Shown piece after piece: positions 9,189 through 19,053 of a DNA stretch of 64,000 nt; within the stretch, counting starts at the first letter, position 1; each line of letters opens with the position of its first letter. The stretch is from an uncultured Gammaproteobacteria bacterium (GTDB lineage: Bacteria > Pseudomonadota > Gammaproteobacteria > PS1 > Pseudothioglobaceae): positions 60,364 through 124,363 of the forward strand of contig CABXIU010000003.1 of assembly GCA_902512305.1 (NCBI GenBank), given 5' to 3'. The notes under the pieces are model-generated. The model did not search any database. It was not told the DNA's origin and saw nothing but the letters and a program-made list of their open reading frames with translations. Position numbers and translations under genes: made by a program.

Positions 9189-10238
9189 ATGTCTGATCAG
9201 CAATCTGTAATTAAATGCGATTCCGTTTATAAAATATTTGGCAAAAATGCCGAAAAAATGCTTCAAAATGCCAATGGCAAAGTTGTTGCTGAAGAATTTC
9301 AAAAAGCTGGCTGTGTAGTCGGAGTTAATAATGCCTCATTCGAGGTTAACAAGGGTGAGATGCTTGTGGTTATGGGTCTTTCAGGCTCGGGCAAGTCGAC
9401 CTTGCTTCGTTGTATTTCAAGACTAACCGATGCCACTGCAGGGAATATTTATATTGAGGGTGAAGATTTAACCTCAATGAGTGATAAGGAGTTGATAGAA
9501 CTTCGTCGCAACAAGATGGGCATGGTGTTTCAGAGTTTTGCATTATTACCCCATAAAACCGTATTAGAAAATATTGCCTTTCCATTGCAAGTGAAAGGCA
9601 ATAGCACAAAAGACAGCATACAAAGAGCCAAAGACATGGTTGACCTTGTTGGCTTAACTGGTCGTGAGAATTATTTCCCAAGACAACTCTCTGGTGGTCA
9701 GCAGCAACGAGTTGGAATCGCACGTTCTCTAGCTGTTGAACCCGATATTTGGTTCTTGGATGAGCCTTTTTCGGCGCTAGATCCGTTAATTCGTAAAGAG
9801 ATGCAAGATGAGTTTCTAAGGCTTCAGGGTGTCCTAAATAAGACCATTCTTTTCGTTACTCATGACTTTGATGAAGCACTAAGGCTTGCCGATCGAATTG
9901 CAATCATGAAAGATGGCATTATCGAGCAATTGGATACACCTGCAAATATCGTTCTTAATCCAGCAACAGAATACGTTCGCAAGTTTACAGAGGATGTTCC
10001 AAGGGAGAAGGTTCTTAAAATTAAATCAGTGATGGAGCCTGTTGGCGATGAAAAAGACTTTAGTGATTTAAGGGTCTCCGAAGATGCCATTATTGAAACT
10101 GTTGCCGAAGCTGTGCTCGCCGACCCTAAATCAGTTCCCGTACTCAATGCAAATGATGATATTGTTGGTGTTGTACATTCATCTAAAGTAATTCATGTGT
10201 TATTTGGTGAAAATTCAACACTAGAAAGCAACGCTTAA
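9189..10238 (+). CDS. tmoW: TMAO/betaine ABC transporter ATP-binding protein (ProV family)
   Basis: Walker [36 protein letters not shown]. Confidence 0.8.
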   Translation: MSDQQSVIKCDSVYKIFGKNAEKMLQNANGKVVAEEFQKAGCVVGVNNASFEVNKGEMLVVMGLSGSGKSTLLRCISRLTDATAGNIYIEGEDLTSMSDKELIELRRNKMGMVFQSFALLPHKTVLENIAFPLQVKGNSTKDSIQRAKDMVDLVGLTGRENYFPRQLSGGQQQRVGIARSLAVEPDIWFLDEPFSALDPLIRKEMQDEFLRLQGVLNKTILFVTHDFDEALRLADRIAIMKDGIIEQLDTPANIVLNPATEYVRKFTEDVPREKVLKIKSVMEPVGDEKDFSDLRVSEDAIIETVAEAVLADPKSVPVLNANDDIVGVVHSSKVIHVLFGENSTLESNA

Positions 10239-10248
10239 GGCTAGAACC

Positions 10249-12693
10249 ATGAGCTTTATCAATTATTTATCTGAACGCCCTAAACTGACCCAATTGGGCA
10301 TTGTCCTTATTGTGTTTTTTATTCTCATGTCAATGACAGGGCTCTACCATGATTTGATAGTAGAGCGTCATCTATTTGCCAAGTCTGTTGTTAAGGGTGA
10401 AATACAATCTTCGGTTGGTTTTGCTGAATCCATGTCAATGATTCTGAATTGGCAACTTCCTCCTCAACTCGTTAGAATTCCTGAGCTGACTTTTTATCAC
10501 CCTGTCATTAACACTTCCGCCACCTATGTTCTAATAGCTTTATTGGTAACTGCTGGGCTCTTATACAAAAGCTTTGCAGAGAGTGTCAATAAATCACAGT
10601 GGTTACGTGTCAATTGGTTTCAAATTATTAGCAAGGGCTTTGTTGGCATTATTGTGGGTCTTCTGTTTATACCTACTTTGTATAACTGGTTTTTTGGTGA
10701 GGTGACAAGAAGTACGTTTTGGGAAATACCAATGATGTTGCAAGATTTTTCTCAGTACCTCATATTTGAATTTTGGCAGACACCAGTTTACGACCCAGAA
10801 ATTGAAGACTATGAAGACTATGGTCGAGTTCGATTATTTACCCGAGCTATTGGCGCCACTTTATTGTTTTTAATTAATTTAGTTCGGGAATTATTGATTG
10901 GTGGTTTTGAGACAGTCGTTTCACTTGCCAATGTTTTTAGTGATCAATCCGGCTGGGATTGGTTGAATGAAAATAAGGATAAGTGGTACTCCAGTGTCCC
11001 TGCTATTCCTTGGACAGTATTAACTGCCGGTGCTTTTATTTTGGGTTATAAACTTCAAGGTGTGGGTCTTTCTATATTGGCTGGTTTTGGTTGTATTTAC
11101 TTGGCTGTATTCGGCCAATGGGAACCCGCAATGCAGACACTCTCTTTTGTGTTGGTTGCTGCGCCGGTCTCTGTTTTATTTGGTGTTATCTGGGGTGTGC
11201 TTGCCTACAAGAGTAGAACGGTTGAGAGAGTAATAACGCCATTGCTCCTCGTTGCACAAACGTTTCCACATTTCGCGTATTTGGTACCAATAATTGTGTT
11301 CTTTGGTATTGGCGACCATGCGGGTGCGGTTGCAACAATAATTTTTGCAACACCTCCGATGATTCGACTCACCTTGCTAGGTCTCAAAAGAGTCTCTCCA
11401 GAGGTTTTAGATGCAGGCAGGATGAGTGGTTGCCATAATTATCAACTGATGTTTAAAGTTTTGATACCTACTGCAAGGCGCGACATTTTAATTGGCGTCA
11501 ACCAGGTAATTATGCAGTGCTTGGCTATGGCAGTGATTGCTTCTTTTATTGGAGCTATGGGCCTGGGTTTTAACTTATTACTCGCTCTAAACCAACTAAG
11601 GGTAGGTCAAGCGCTAGAATTAGGAGTATGTATTGTCCTGATTGCTGTAGTGTTAGATAAATTATCTTTAGCTTGGGCCAATAAGCAAACCGACTACTTT
11701 GCCGACCTTTCTTTTGTTGAGAGAAATAAAACAGCTCTTTTGTTTGTTGCAGTTTTCTTTGCCGCTCTTTTGTTTGCTTGGTTTGGTAACTGGATGTTTG
11801 CTGATACTGCAAAAGGTATTAATTATTTTTATTTGATTCCTCACAACAAAGGTATTACCACTGAGCCATTTTGGCAGGCAGGCGTTGACTACATGGTTTC
11901 AAATTGGAGAGCGGATATTAAAATATTTAACAAGTGGTTACTGGTGGAAGTGTTGATGCCAATGAAAGCGTCTTATCTGGCCATGCCAGCAATAGCAACT
12001 TTTGTTCTAACAATGGGTGTTGGTTACATTATCGGTGGCATTCGTTCTGCGATTGTCGTTGGTTCGTTTATGTTGTTTATTGCTCTAACACCCTGGTGGG
12101 AAAGAGCCTTGATAACTATGTATATGCTGACGTTTGCAGTCATTGTTTCTGTTTTTATTGGTACGATTGTTGGTGCAATCTGTGTGCAAAATAAGAGGGC
12201 AACCAAATTCATTCTTTTGGTTTGTGACACTTTTCAAACTTTTCCGTCGTTCATTTATCTTATTCCGGTGATTATGCTCTTTGGTGTGACTGACACTTCA
12301 GTGTTAATTGCGGTCATTGTCTACGCTGTTATTCCGCCTACTCGCTACACCGTAGAAGGCCTGAGAAATGTACCAGAATCTTTGCTTGATGCGGCGGATA
12401 TGTCGGGCGCAACAAAACTTCAGCGTATGTTTAAAATCGAGTTCCCATTAGCTTTCCCACATATTATGCTGGGCGTCAATCAGTGCGTTGTTTTTGCATT
12501 GTTTATGGTTATTATAGGTGCGTTTATTGGTACTGAAGATTTAGGCCAAGAAATAATGCAACAACTTTTTTCTGGAGGCAATATTGGAAGTGGTCTAATG
12601 CTTGGTTTCTGCGTGGCGTTTATCGGTCTTGCAGTGGATCATTTAATCCAGACCTGGGCAACTAAGAGAAGAAAGTTGCTGGGTATTGACTAG
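10249..12693 (+). CDS. tmoV: TMAO/betaine ABC transporter permease with two fused ProW-like domains
   Basis: Two copies of QTFP.F.YL.P and EAA-like loops; highly hydrophobic. Confidence 0.8.
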   Translation: MSFINYLSERPKLTQLGIVLIVFFILMSMTGLYHDLIVERHLFAKSVVKGEIQSSVGFAESMSMILNWQLPPQLVRIPELTFYHPVINTSATYVLIALLVTAGLLYKSFAESVNKSQWLRVNWFQIISKGFVGIIVGLLFIPTLYNWFFGEVTRSTFWEIPMMLQDFSQYLIFEFWQTPVYDPEIEDYEDYGRVRLFTRAIGATLLFLINLVRELLIGGFETVVSLANVFSDQSGWDWLNENKDKWYSSVPAIPWTVLTAGAFILGYKLQGVGLSILAGFGCIYLAVFGQWEPAMQTLSFVLVAAPVSVLFGVIWGVLAYKSRTVERVITPLLLVAQTFPHFAYLVPIIVFFGIGDHAGAVATIIFATPPMIRLTLLGLKRVSPEVLDAGRMSGCHNYQLMFKVLIPTARRDILIGVNQVIMQCLAMAVIASFIGAMGLGFNLLLALNQLRVGQALELGVCIVLIAVVLDKLSLAWANKQTDYFADLSFVERNKTALLFVAVFFAALLFAWFGNWMFADTAKGINYFYLIPHNKGITTEPFWQAGVDYMVSNWRADIKIFNKWLLVEVLMPMKASYLAMPAIATFVLTMGVGYIIGGIRSAIVVGSFMLFIALTPWWERALITMYMLTFAVIVSVFIGTIVGAICVQNKRATKFILLVCDTFQTFPSFIYLIPVIMLFGVTDTSVLIAVIVYAVIPPTRYTVEGLRNVPESLLDAADMSGATKLQRMFKIEFPLAFPHIMLGVNQCVVFALFMVIIGAFIGTEDLGQEIMQQLFSGGNIGSGLMLGFCVAFIGLAVDHLIQTWATKRRKLLGID

Positions 12694-12815
12694 ATTCTAT
12701 CCATTTCTAATAGAACCCTTTTAAATTCAAATCTAAGTGAAATTAATTACCATTTTTATGCGTCATTCTGTTGATAATGTCAAGCTATTAACTATTAATC
12801 AGGAGAGAGTTATCA

Positions 12816-13649
12816 ATGAAGATTATTAACGGCAAAACCCTTGCTGAAAATCTAAGACAAAATATTGCTAATGAAGTTAAGCAGTATTCTAGACCTCCTG
12901 GCTTGGCTGTTCTTCTTGTTGGCGACGATGAGGCTTCTCAAGTATACGTTAGAAATAAAACAAGAGCCTGCGTTGAGGTTGGCTTTTACTCGGACCAAAT
13001 TCATAAATCAGCAAACATTACTGAAGAAGAGTTGCTTTCAGAGGTTAATCGACTTAATGAAAATGAAACGATTGATGGTATTTTGGTTCAACTTCCTCTA
13101 CCAAGCCATATTGATTCAAATAGAATTATTGAAGCTATTGTTCCTGAAAAGGATGTTGACGGCTTTAGTAGTGAAAATGTTGGTAAATTGAGTCTAAATA
13201 AACCATTCATCAGCCCCTGTACTCCAAAAGGCATTATGAAGATGCTTGACTCCATTAAATGTGATTTAAAAGGTAAGGATTGCGTCATTGTTGGTGCTTC
13301 AAATATCGTTGGTAGGCCAATGTCTATGGAACTTCTTAATGCCGGTGCAACGGTTCAGGTTTGTCATAAAGAAACAAAAGAAATCACTCAAAAAACAAAA
13401 AGTGCAGACGTCATAATTGCTGCTGCCGGTGTTGCTCATCTTGTCAAATCAGACTGGGTTAAAGAGGGAGCGATTATTATTGACGTCGGCATTAATCGCC
13501 TCGAAGATGGAAAGCTTGTTGGAGATGTGGATTTTGAGGATGTTAAAGATAAAGTTTCAGCAATATCTCCGGTTCCGGGTGGAGTGGGTCCAATGACTAT
13601 TGCTGTTCTTTTAGAGAATACATTGATTGCCTACCAAGCAAAGTTATAA
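12816..13649 (+). CDS. folD: Methylene-THF dehydrogenase/cyclohydrolase
   Basis: YVRNK, DGILVQLPLP, KDVDG, PCTPKG, PVPGGVGPMT. Confidence 0.97.
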   Translation: MKIINGKTLAENLRQNIANEVKQYSRPPGLAVLLVGDDEASQVYVRNKTRACVEVGFYSDQIHKSANITEEELLSEVNRLNENETIDGILVQLPLPSHIDSNRIIEAIVPEKDVDGFSSENVGKLSLNKPFISPCTPKGIMKMLDSIKCDLKGKDCVIVGASNIVGRPMSMELLNAGATVQVCHKETKEITQKTKSADVIIAAAGVAHLVKSDWVKEGAIIIDVGINRLEDGKLVGDVDFEDVKDKVSAISPVPGGVGPMTIAVLLENTLIAYQAKL

Positions 13650-14807
13650 ATTAGATCTATAATCTTTAAGCGTTTGAGCAATCCACTGGTGAAAGCAGTG
13701 AGTCGCACTATCCATTATTGGGGAGAATTTACCGCCATCAAACATAAGGCCACTTCTACCTCGCTGCATGCCTTCAACGACTCCAACATCTTCATTAAAT
13801 ACAGTTTTCCAGAAAGAGGCATTTTTATCAATTAAGGGGCTTAATTCAGTCATTTCTGAAGGATCTTTTGAATAGTATATTGAGACGTGCTCAATGGTCT
13901 TATTGATGGATATAGGCTCTAAAATAATGGAAAAAACGTGATCCCTGTGAACACCTAAAAGAACATTGGGATACAGCGCAATATACTCACTTGCTGTGTT
14001 CCATCTGCTTGAAAGTCCTTCAAAGTCTGGAAATACTTTTCCATCATCACTTTTAATTTGATTATAGACACGGGACCCTTGTCCTGAAAAATATCCCTTT
14101 TCTTCGATATGGTAATGATCCTCAATGCTTGAGGTGACGTTAAGTTCAGGGTGGACCCATGGCAAGTGGTAGCTTTCACAGTAGTTTTCAACGGCAAGCT
14201 TCCAGTTAGTATCAAGAGAAAGTGAGAAAGAAGATCCTTCGCCACCATAATACAGTGGCTTTTCAAATTCAGACCATCTCTCGATAACTTTAGAGGTGTA
14301 TTTAGTAAACTCGGGAGCATTATTGGATATATTGACGAAGATGATGTCTTGCCAGACAGTTGAACGAATCTTGAATAAACCGAGTTCATCATTTTTAATC
14401 GATTCATGTGAGTCAGTATTCATTCCACCAACCATTGGAGTAACACATAGCTCACCAGAAAGCTTATAGCACCAGCTGTGATATGGACATCGAATGACAC
14501 CATTGATGTTGGTTGGTTCTTCAATTAAGATCATGCCTCTATGACGGCAAGTGTTTTGAAAGACATTGATATTGTTGCTACTATCACGAACCATTATTAA
14601 AGGCATACCTAAGAAATTCATAGGTTTTACATCACCAATATTAGGAATATCTTTACCGTTTCCTATCGCAGACCAGTTATCAAAAAGTATGGCTTGTTTT
14701 TCTTCCTCAAATACTTCCTCACTAACATAATGCTGATTTGGCAATCCTTTTGCTTTATCGGTTGAAGTTAGCACTGGCTCAAGGTTACTTAGATGCTCTG
14801 AAGACAT
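13644..14807 (-). CDS. Rieske non-heme iron oxygenase alpha subunit (choline monooxygenase/quaternary-amine oxygenase-like)
   Basis: Rieske CRH...CPYH; mononuclear iron ENYCESYHLPWVH and EDVGVVEGMQRG. Confidence 0.85.
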   Translation of the reverse strand: MSSEHLSNLEPVLTSTDKAKGLPNQHYVSEEVFEEEKQAILFDNWSAIGNGKDIPNIGDVKPMNFLGMPLIMVRDSSNNINVFQNTCRHRGMILIEEPTNINGVIRCPYHSWCYKLSGELCVTPMVGGMNTDSHESIKNDELGLFKIRSTVWQDIIFVNISNNAPEFTKYTSKVIERWSEFEKPLYYGGEGSSFSLSLDTNWKLAVENYCESYHLPWVHPELNVTSSIEDHYHIEEKGYFSGQGSRVYNQIKSDDGKVFPDFEGLSSRWNTASEYIALYPNVLLGVHRDHVFSIILEPISINKTIEHVSIYYSKDPSEMTELSPLIDKNASFWKTVFNEDVGVVEGMQRGRSGLMFDGGKFSPIMDSATHCFHQWIAQTLKDYRSNL

Positions 14808-14838
14808 AGATAATTAAATGTAAAAAAAGATATGATAC

Positions 14839-14866
14839 TATTGCTTTGAAATAAATAAAAGCAATA
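14839..14866. promoter_or_regulatory. Inverted repeat between the LysR and Rieske genes (operator or weak hairpin)
   Basis: TATTGCTTT (14839-14847) / AAAGCAATA (14858-14866), perfect 9-bp inverted repeat. Confidence 0.35.
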
Positions 14867-14912
14867 ATATTCAAATAAAAAATTGAATTTATTTCATTAA
14901 ATCTAAAGAAAG

Positions 14913-15803
14913 TTAAGGTTTAGCGACTAAGAAATCTCTAAGAGTTTTGACATTTTCCGGGAGAAGGTCTTCCTTTTCACTCATTATGTAAAGCGCAGAA
15001 GGGGCTGGTATTGATGTGTCACTTAGAATAACTAGTTCACCACTATCGATTTTAGGTTTACAAAGATGCTTCCAACCCAGAACAATACCCATTCCATCAG
15101 CAGCAACTTGAAGCCCAATCATGTAGTTGTTGACATGAACACCGGGTGAAATCTTACCTTTGTAGCCAAGAGCGCTAAACCATGAAAACCAATTTGACCA
15201 GTTTTTATCCTTGGCTCTTAAATGAATGAGAGGTGCCTGGGCTAAATCTTCTAATGAAGGGTTGGGATGTTCTTTAGCGAATGAAGGGCTGCATAATGGA
15301 ACCAGTTCATCTTGAAAGAGTGTGTGTTTTTGAGTTGACTCATTCTCAACAAATCCATAACAAATTTTTAGATCAACAGCAATACCTTGTGAATCGGGAT
15401 TGTCGGTTACATGTTGGTTAACAGGTATTTCAGGATGTTGTTTCCAAAATTCAGCTAAGCGAGGAGGTAGCCACAAGAATGAAACCGCAGTTGTGGCGCT
15501 AATAATGACTTCTTTATCGCTTGCTGAGCGCCTAAGATTTGCTAATGTAGAGGATACAGCAGTGAAACTACTTTGAAGAACAGCAAACAAAGATTCACCA
15601 TGATCAGTTAAATTATTGCCATGATGCTTTCTGTCAAATAGAGAGAGACCCAGTTCAGTTTCTAAAAATTTTATTTGATGACTAACGGCACCTGGAGTAA
15701 CTCCAAGCTCCTCAGCTGCTCCTTTAAAACTTCTATGACGCGCGGCCGTTTCAAAGGTTGCGAGTGATGTTAATGGCGGCAATTTATAATATCTACGGGA
15801 CAT
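14913..15803 (-). CDS. LysR-family regulator, GcvA-like
   Basis: LPPLTSLATFETAARHRSFKGAAEELGVTPGAVSHQIKFLE HTH; WLPPRL; divergent from the FAD/sox operon. Confidence 0.93.
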   Translation of the reverse strand: MSRRYYKLPPLTSLATFETAARHRSFKGAAEELGVTPGAVSHQIKFLETELGLSLFDRKHHGNNLTDHGESLFAVLQSSFTAVSSTLANLRRSASDKEVIISATTAVSFLWLPPRLAEFWKQHPEIPVNQHVTDNPDSQGIAVDLKICYGFVENESTQKHTLFQDELVPLCSPSFAKEHPNPSLEDLAQAPLIHLRAKDKNWSNWFSWFSALGYKGKISPGVHVNNYMIGLQVAADGMGIVLGWKHLCKPKIDSGELVILSDTSIPAPSALYIMSEKEDLLPENVKTLRDFLVAKP

Positions 15804-16143
15804 ATATATTTCCTAAATGTTGAATATAAGTATACTTACTTTTTTTATTTTTTGTTCAATTTGAATCTGTTAATCTATTAATTCTACTGTTAATTAAGCT
15901 AAAGTAAATATAATCTATCTGCTTTAGTGGCAATAAATAAAGAGATTTATTGTGCATAGTTATAAAACTAAAACCTCTCTAAATTCACGTGGAATAAGTA
16001 TATAAACTTATTTTTGATGGTTATAGAATTAATTTCAATCCGATTTGAATTTTTTAACCTGACAACTGTTCCAAAATATTGATAATTATGCTTACTAAAT
16101 AATTAGTTATTAATTAACCCTTTAAAATCTTAAGGAGACAAGT

Positions 16144-17484
16144 ATGTCATTACCCAATCAAGCTGAATATGTGATAGTCGGTGCTGGAATCCACGGTTTA
16201 TCGACAGCATGGCGTTTAGCTGAACGTTTAACCGAATCTGGTCAGTCTGTTGAAGGAAAAGTTATCATTTTGGATAAATCAGGAATTTCCGCAGGAGCAA
16301 CCGGAATTGCTTGTGGTGTCGTTCGTAATAATTATTTTCAACCAGCGATGCGCAAATTAATGGCACATTCTGTAAGTATTTGGGAAAGTGATCCTGAGGC
16401 GTTTAGTTACCATCCAGTAGGGTATATGCAGATTTCTCCAGAAAGTATGAGAGAAGATGTGAAACAAATACATGCTGAGCAACAAGAGATTGGCTACGAG
16501 AGTGTCTTTATTGAAGGGGAAGATGAGTCTCGTGAATACATGCTTAGTATGTTTGATGATTGGCAAGCTCAAGGTATTACCTCAGTGCTGCATGAGAAAA
16601 AAGGTGGCTATGCTAACAATACCAAAGCGATGTATGGTCTAGCTAAGAAGGTCGAGGCTTTGGGTGTCAGAATTATTACTGGCGTAGAGGTGACTGGTTT
16701 TACAAGGGGTGATAATGATACTGTTACTGCGGTTGAAACTAACCAAGGTCCTATTTCATGCGATAAGGTAGTTATCGGTGCAGGGCCATGGGTAAGAGAT
16801 TTTTGGAGTATGTTAGATCTTCCATCACAAATTGAAGTCAAGGATTTAGATGGTAATGTTCATCAAGATGTTGATATGTGGCGTTTTTGGCAGCTGGAAG
16901 AGGGTGTGCTTAGAGTAGATCCTGAGCTATTAAAAACGAATGATGGTGATATGCCACCGGTGCTTCATGTTGATACGGATGCGCCATTGTATTCAGCGGT
17001 TGATGGTTCATTAATAACAGATGAGATGTGGGGTATTTACTATAAGCCTGACTGGCATTTTGGTGGTATACAAGGTGGCGCATCACCTTATGAGATTAAG
17101 AAGCCAGCAGAAGATGTTGCTATAGATCCATATGGTCCGTCTAGCCCTGAATTTGTTTCGGGTCCTGAGTTCGCCCATATGTGGGTTTCGGCTTTGGCTC
17201 ATTGCCATAAGAGATTTGAAGGCACAATGCCAAAATATCACAAAGAGCCTTCTGGCGGTGTAGGCTGTTTTACGGCAGACAGTTTTCCAGTAATTGACAC
17301 TTTTAATAGTAATGTAACCATCATTGCAGATAGTAATCATGGATATAAGATGTTAGGTGTTGGATGTCTAGTTGCCGAAGAATTGCTAGGAGAGAAACAA
17401 GATCTACTAGAACCATTTAGATTTAGTCGATTTAAGGAAGGTAAGCTACACCCAGTGTCTAATAGTCCTTATCCTTGGAGTTAA
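16144..17484 (+). CDS. FAD-dependent amine oxidoreductase (DAO/monomeric sarcosine oxidase-like)
   Basis: GAGIHG Rossmann motif, GATGIACGVVR, GAGPW, DSNHGYK; RBS TAAGGAG. Confidence 0.85.
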   Translation: MSLPNQAEYVIVGAGIHGLSTAWRLAERLTESGQSVEGKVIILDKSGISAGATGIACGVVRNNYFQPAMRKLMAHSVSIWESDPEAFSYHPVGYMQISPESMREDVKQIHAEQQEIGYESVFIEGEDESREYMLSMFDDWQAQGITSVLHEKKGGYANNTKAMYGLAKKVEALGVRIITGVEVTGFTRGDNDTVTAVETNQGPISCDKVVIGAGPWVRDFWSMLDLPSQIEVKDLDGNVHQDVDMWRFWQLEEGVLRVDPELLKTNDGDMPPVLHVDTDAPLYSAVDGSLITDEMWGIYYKPDWHFGGIQGGASPYEIKKPAEDVAIDPYGPSSPEFVSGPEFAHMWVSALAHCHKRFEGTMPKYHKEPSGGVGCFTADSFPVIDTFNSNVTIIADSNHGYKMLGVGCLVAEELLGEKQDLLEPFRFSRFKEGKLHPVSNSPYPWS

Positions 17485-17487
17485 GCA

Positions 17488-18750
17488 GTGAATAAAACTC
17501 GCTATTCTGCCTTTAAGGTATTAAAAGAAGCGCTAACTGGACACAAAGGCTGGGAGCCTACCTGGCGTGACGCAGAGCCAAAGGCTGACGGTTACGATGT
17601 TGTTATTGTTGGCGGCGGCGGTCATGGATTAGCGACAGCCTATTATTTGGCTAAAAATCACGGCATAACCAATGTTGCTGTTCTTGAAAAAGGTTGGATA
17701 GGAAGTGGAAATGTTGGTAGAAATACAACCATTATTCGTTCAAATTATTTACTCCCTGGTAACGAGCCATTCTATGAATTATCGATGCAGCTTTGGGAAA
17801 ACCTAGAGCAAGATTTAAACTACAACGCTATGGTATCACAGCGTGGAATCATGAACTTAATTCATTCAGATGCTCAGCGCGATGCTTTCATTAGAAGAGG
17901 CAACGCAATGCTTTTTGCTGACGCTGGTTGTGAGTTCATTGAGGCTAAAGAAGTTAAAGAGAGATACCCATTCTTAGATATGGACAACCCAAGATTCCCG
18001 ATTAAGGCGGCCCTCGCTCAGCCTCGCGGCGGAACAGTCAGGCATGATGCGGTTGCTTGGGGTTATGCAAGAGGGGCGAGTGATCTTGGCGTTGATATTA
18101 TTCAGAACTGTGAGGTAACCGGATTTAATATTGAGAATGGAAAGTGTTTAGGTGTTCAAACCTCTAAAGGCGAAATTAAAGCTGGTAGGGTTGGCGTTTG
18201 TGTTGCAGGCTCATCTGGAAGAGTTATGGCTCAGGCTGGCATCAAGCTCCCTATTGAAAGTCATGTACTTCAGGCTTTTGTGACTGAAGGCTTGAAGCCG
18301 GTTATGGATAATGTAATCACTTTTGGTGCAGGGCATTTTTATTGCTCTCAATCGGACAAAGGTGGTCTCGTTTTTGGTGGCGATATTGATGGCTACAATA
18401 CCTACGCGCAGAGAGGCAATTTGCCTGTTGTAGAGGATGTATGCTCTGGCGGTATGGCTATTATGCCTTCAATTGGACGGGCTCGATTATTAAGAATGTG
18501 GGGCGGAATTATGGATATGTCAATGGACGGATCTCCATTTATTGACAGTACAGAAGTCGATGAGCTTTTCTTTAATGGTGGTTGGTGCTATGGAGGCTTT
18601 AAGGCGACACCTGCGAGCGGCTATTGTTATGCTCATTTACTGGCAACGAACGAATCGCATGAAGTTGCAACAGCCTACAAACTGGATCGATTTAGGCGTG
18701 GTGCTATTATTGATGAAAAGGGCGTTGGTGCTCAACCTAACTTACACTAA
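17488..18750 (+). CDS. soxB: Heterotetrameric sarcosine oxidase/N-methylglutamate dehydrogenase beta subunit
   Basis: GGGGHGLATAYYLA, GRNTTIIRSNY, GTVRHDAVAWG, GWCYGGFKATP. Confidence 0.9.
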   Translation: MNKTRYSAFKVLKEALTGHKGWEPTWRDAEPKADGYDVVIVGGGGHGLATAYYLAKNHGITNVAVLEKGWIGSGNVGRNTTIIRSNYLLPGNEPFYELSMQLWENLEQDLNYNAMVSQRGIMNLIHSDAQRDAFIRRGNAMLFADAGCEFIEAKEVKERYPFLDMDNPRFPIKAALAQPRGGTVRHDAVAWGYARGASDLGVDIIQNCEVTGFNIENGKCLGVQTSKGEIKAGRVGVCVAGSSGRVMAQAGIKLPIESHVLQAFVTEGLKPVMDNVITFGAGHFYCSQSDKGGLVFGGDIDGYNTYAQRGNLPVVEDVCSGGMAIMPSIGRARLLRMWGGIMDMSMDGSPFIDSTEVDELFFNGGWCYGGFKATPASGYCYAHLLATNESHEVATAYKLDRFRRGAIIDEKGVGAQPNLH

Positions 18751-18762
18751 AGGGGGTATAAC

Positions 18763-19053
18763 ATGATCATTAATCATCCACTGCTAGGCCCTCGAGATTC
18801 AGAAGAATTTGTTTATCTTGGGTCGACTGACCTTATTAATAGACCTACTAATTGGGAAGAAGAGGCCTCAGCCGAGGACTTCTATCAATATCAATACATC
18901 AGAGAAAATATAGCTGGCGATCATCAAGAGCTTTGGTATCACGAGCAGGGTGATCAGTCTTGGCTGGTTGTTACCAGGAATACTTTAACACATGAGATAA
19001 CAAATGTTGAGCTTGCTCAAGATGTCTCAAGAGCAATGGGTCGAGGGAAATGA
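18763..19053 (+). CDS. soxD: Sarcosine oxidase/NMG dehydrogenase delta subunit
   Basis: GPRD..EF, Y.REN.AG...ELWYH, RNTLTHEI; position between soxB and soxA. Confidence 0.88.
   Translation: MIINHPLLGPRDSEEFVYLGSTDLINRPTNWEEEASAEDFYQYQYIRENIAGDHQELWYHEQGDQSWLVVTRNTLTHEITNVELAQDVSRAMGRGK

Noticed and set aside
15804-16143. Specific LysR boxes in the divergent promoter region (AAGTATACTT, ATAAGT-N6-ACTTAT, TTCAA-N6-TTGAA)
   Set aside because: Several weak palindromes with inconsistent spacing in very AT-rich DNA; none can be singled out
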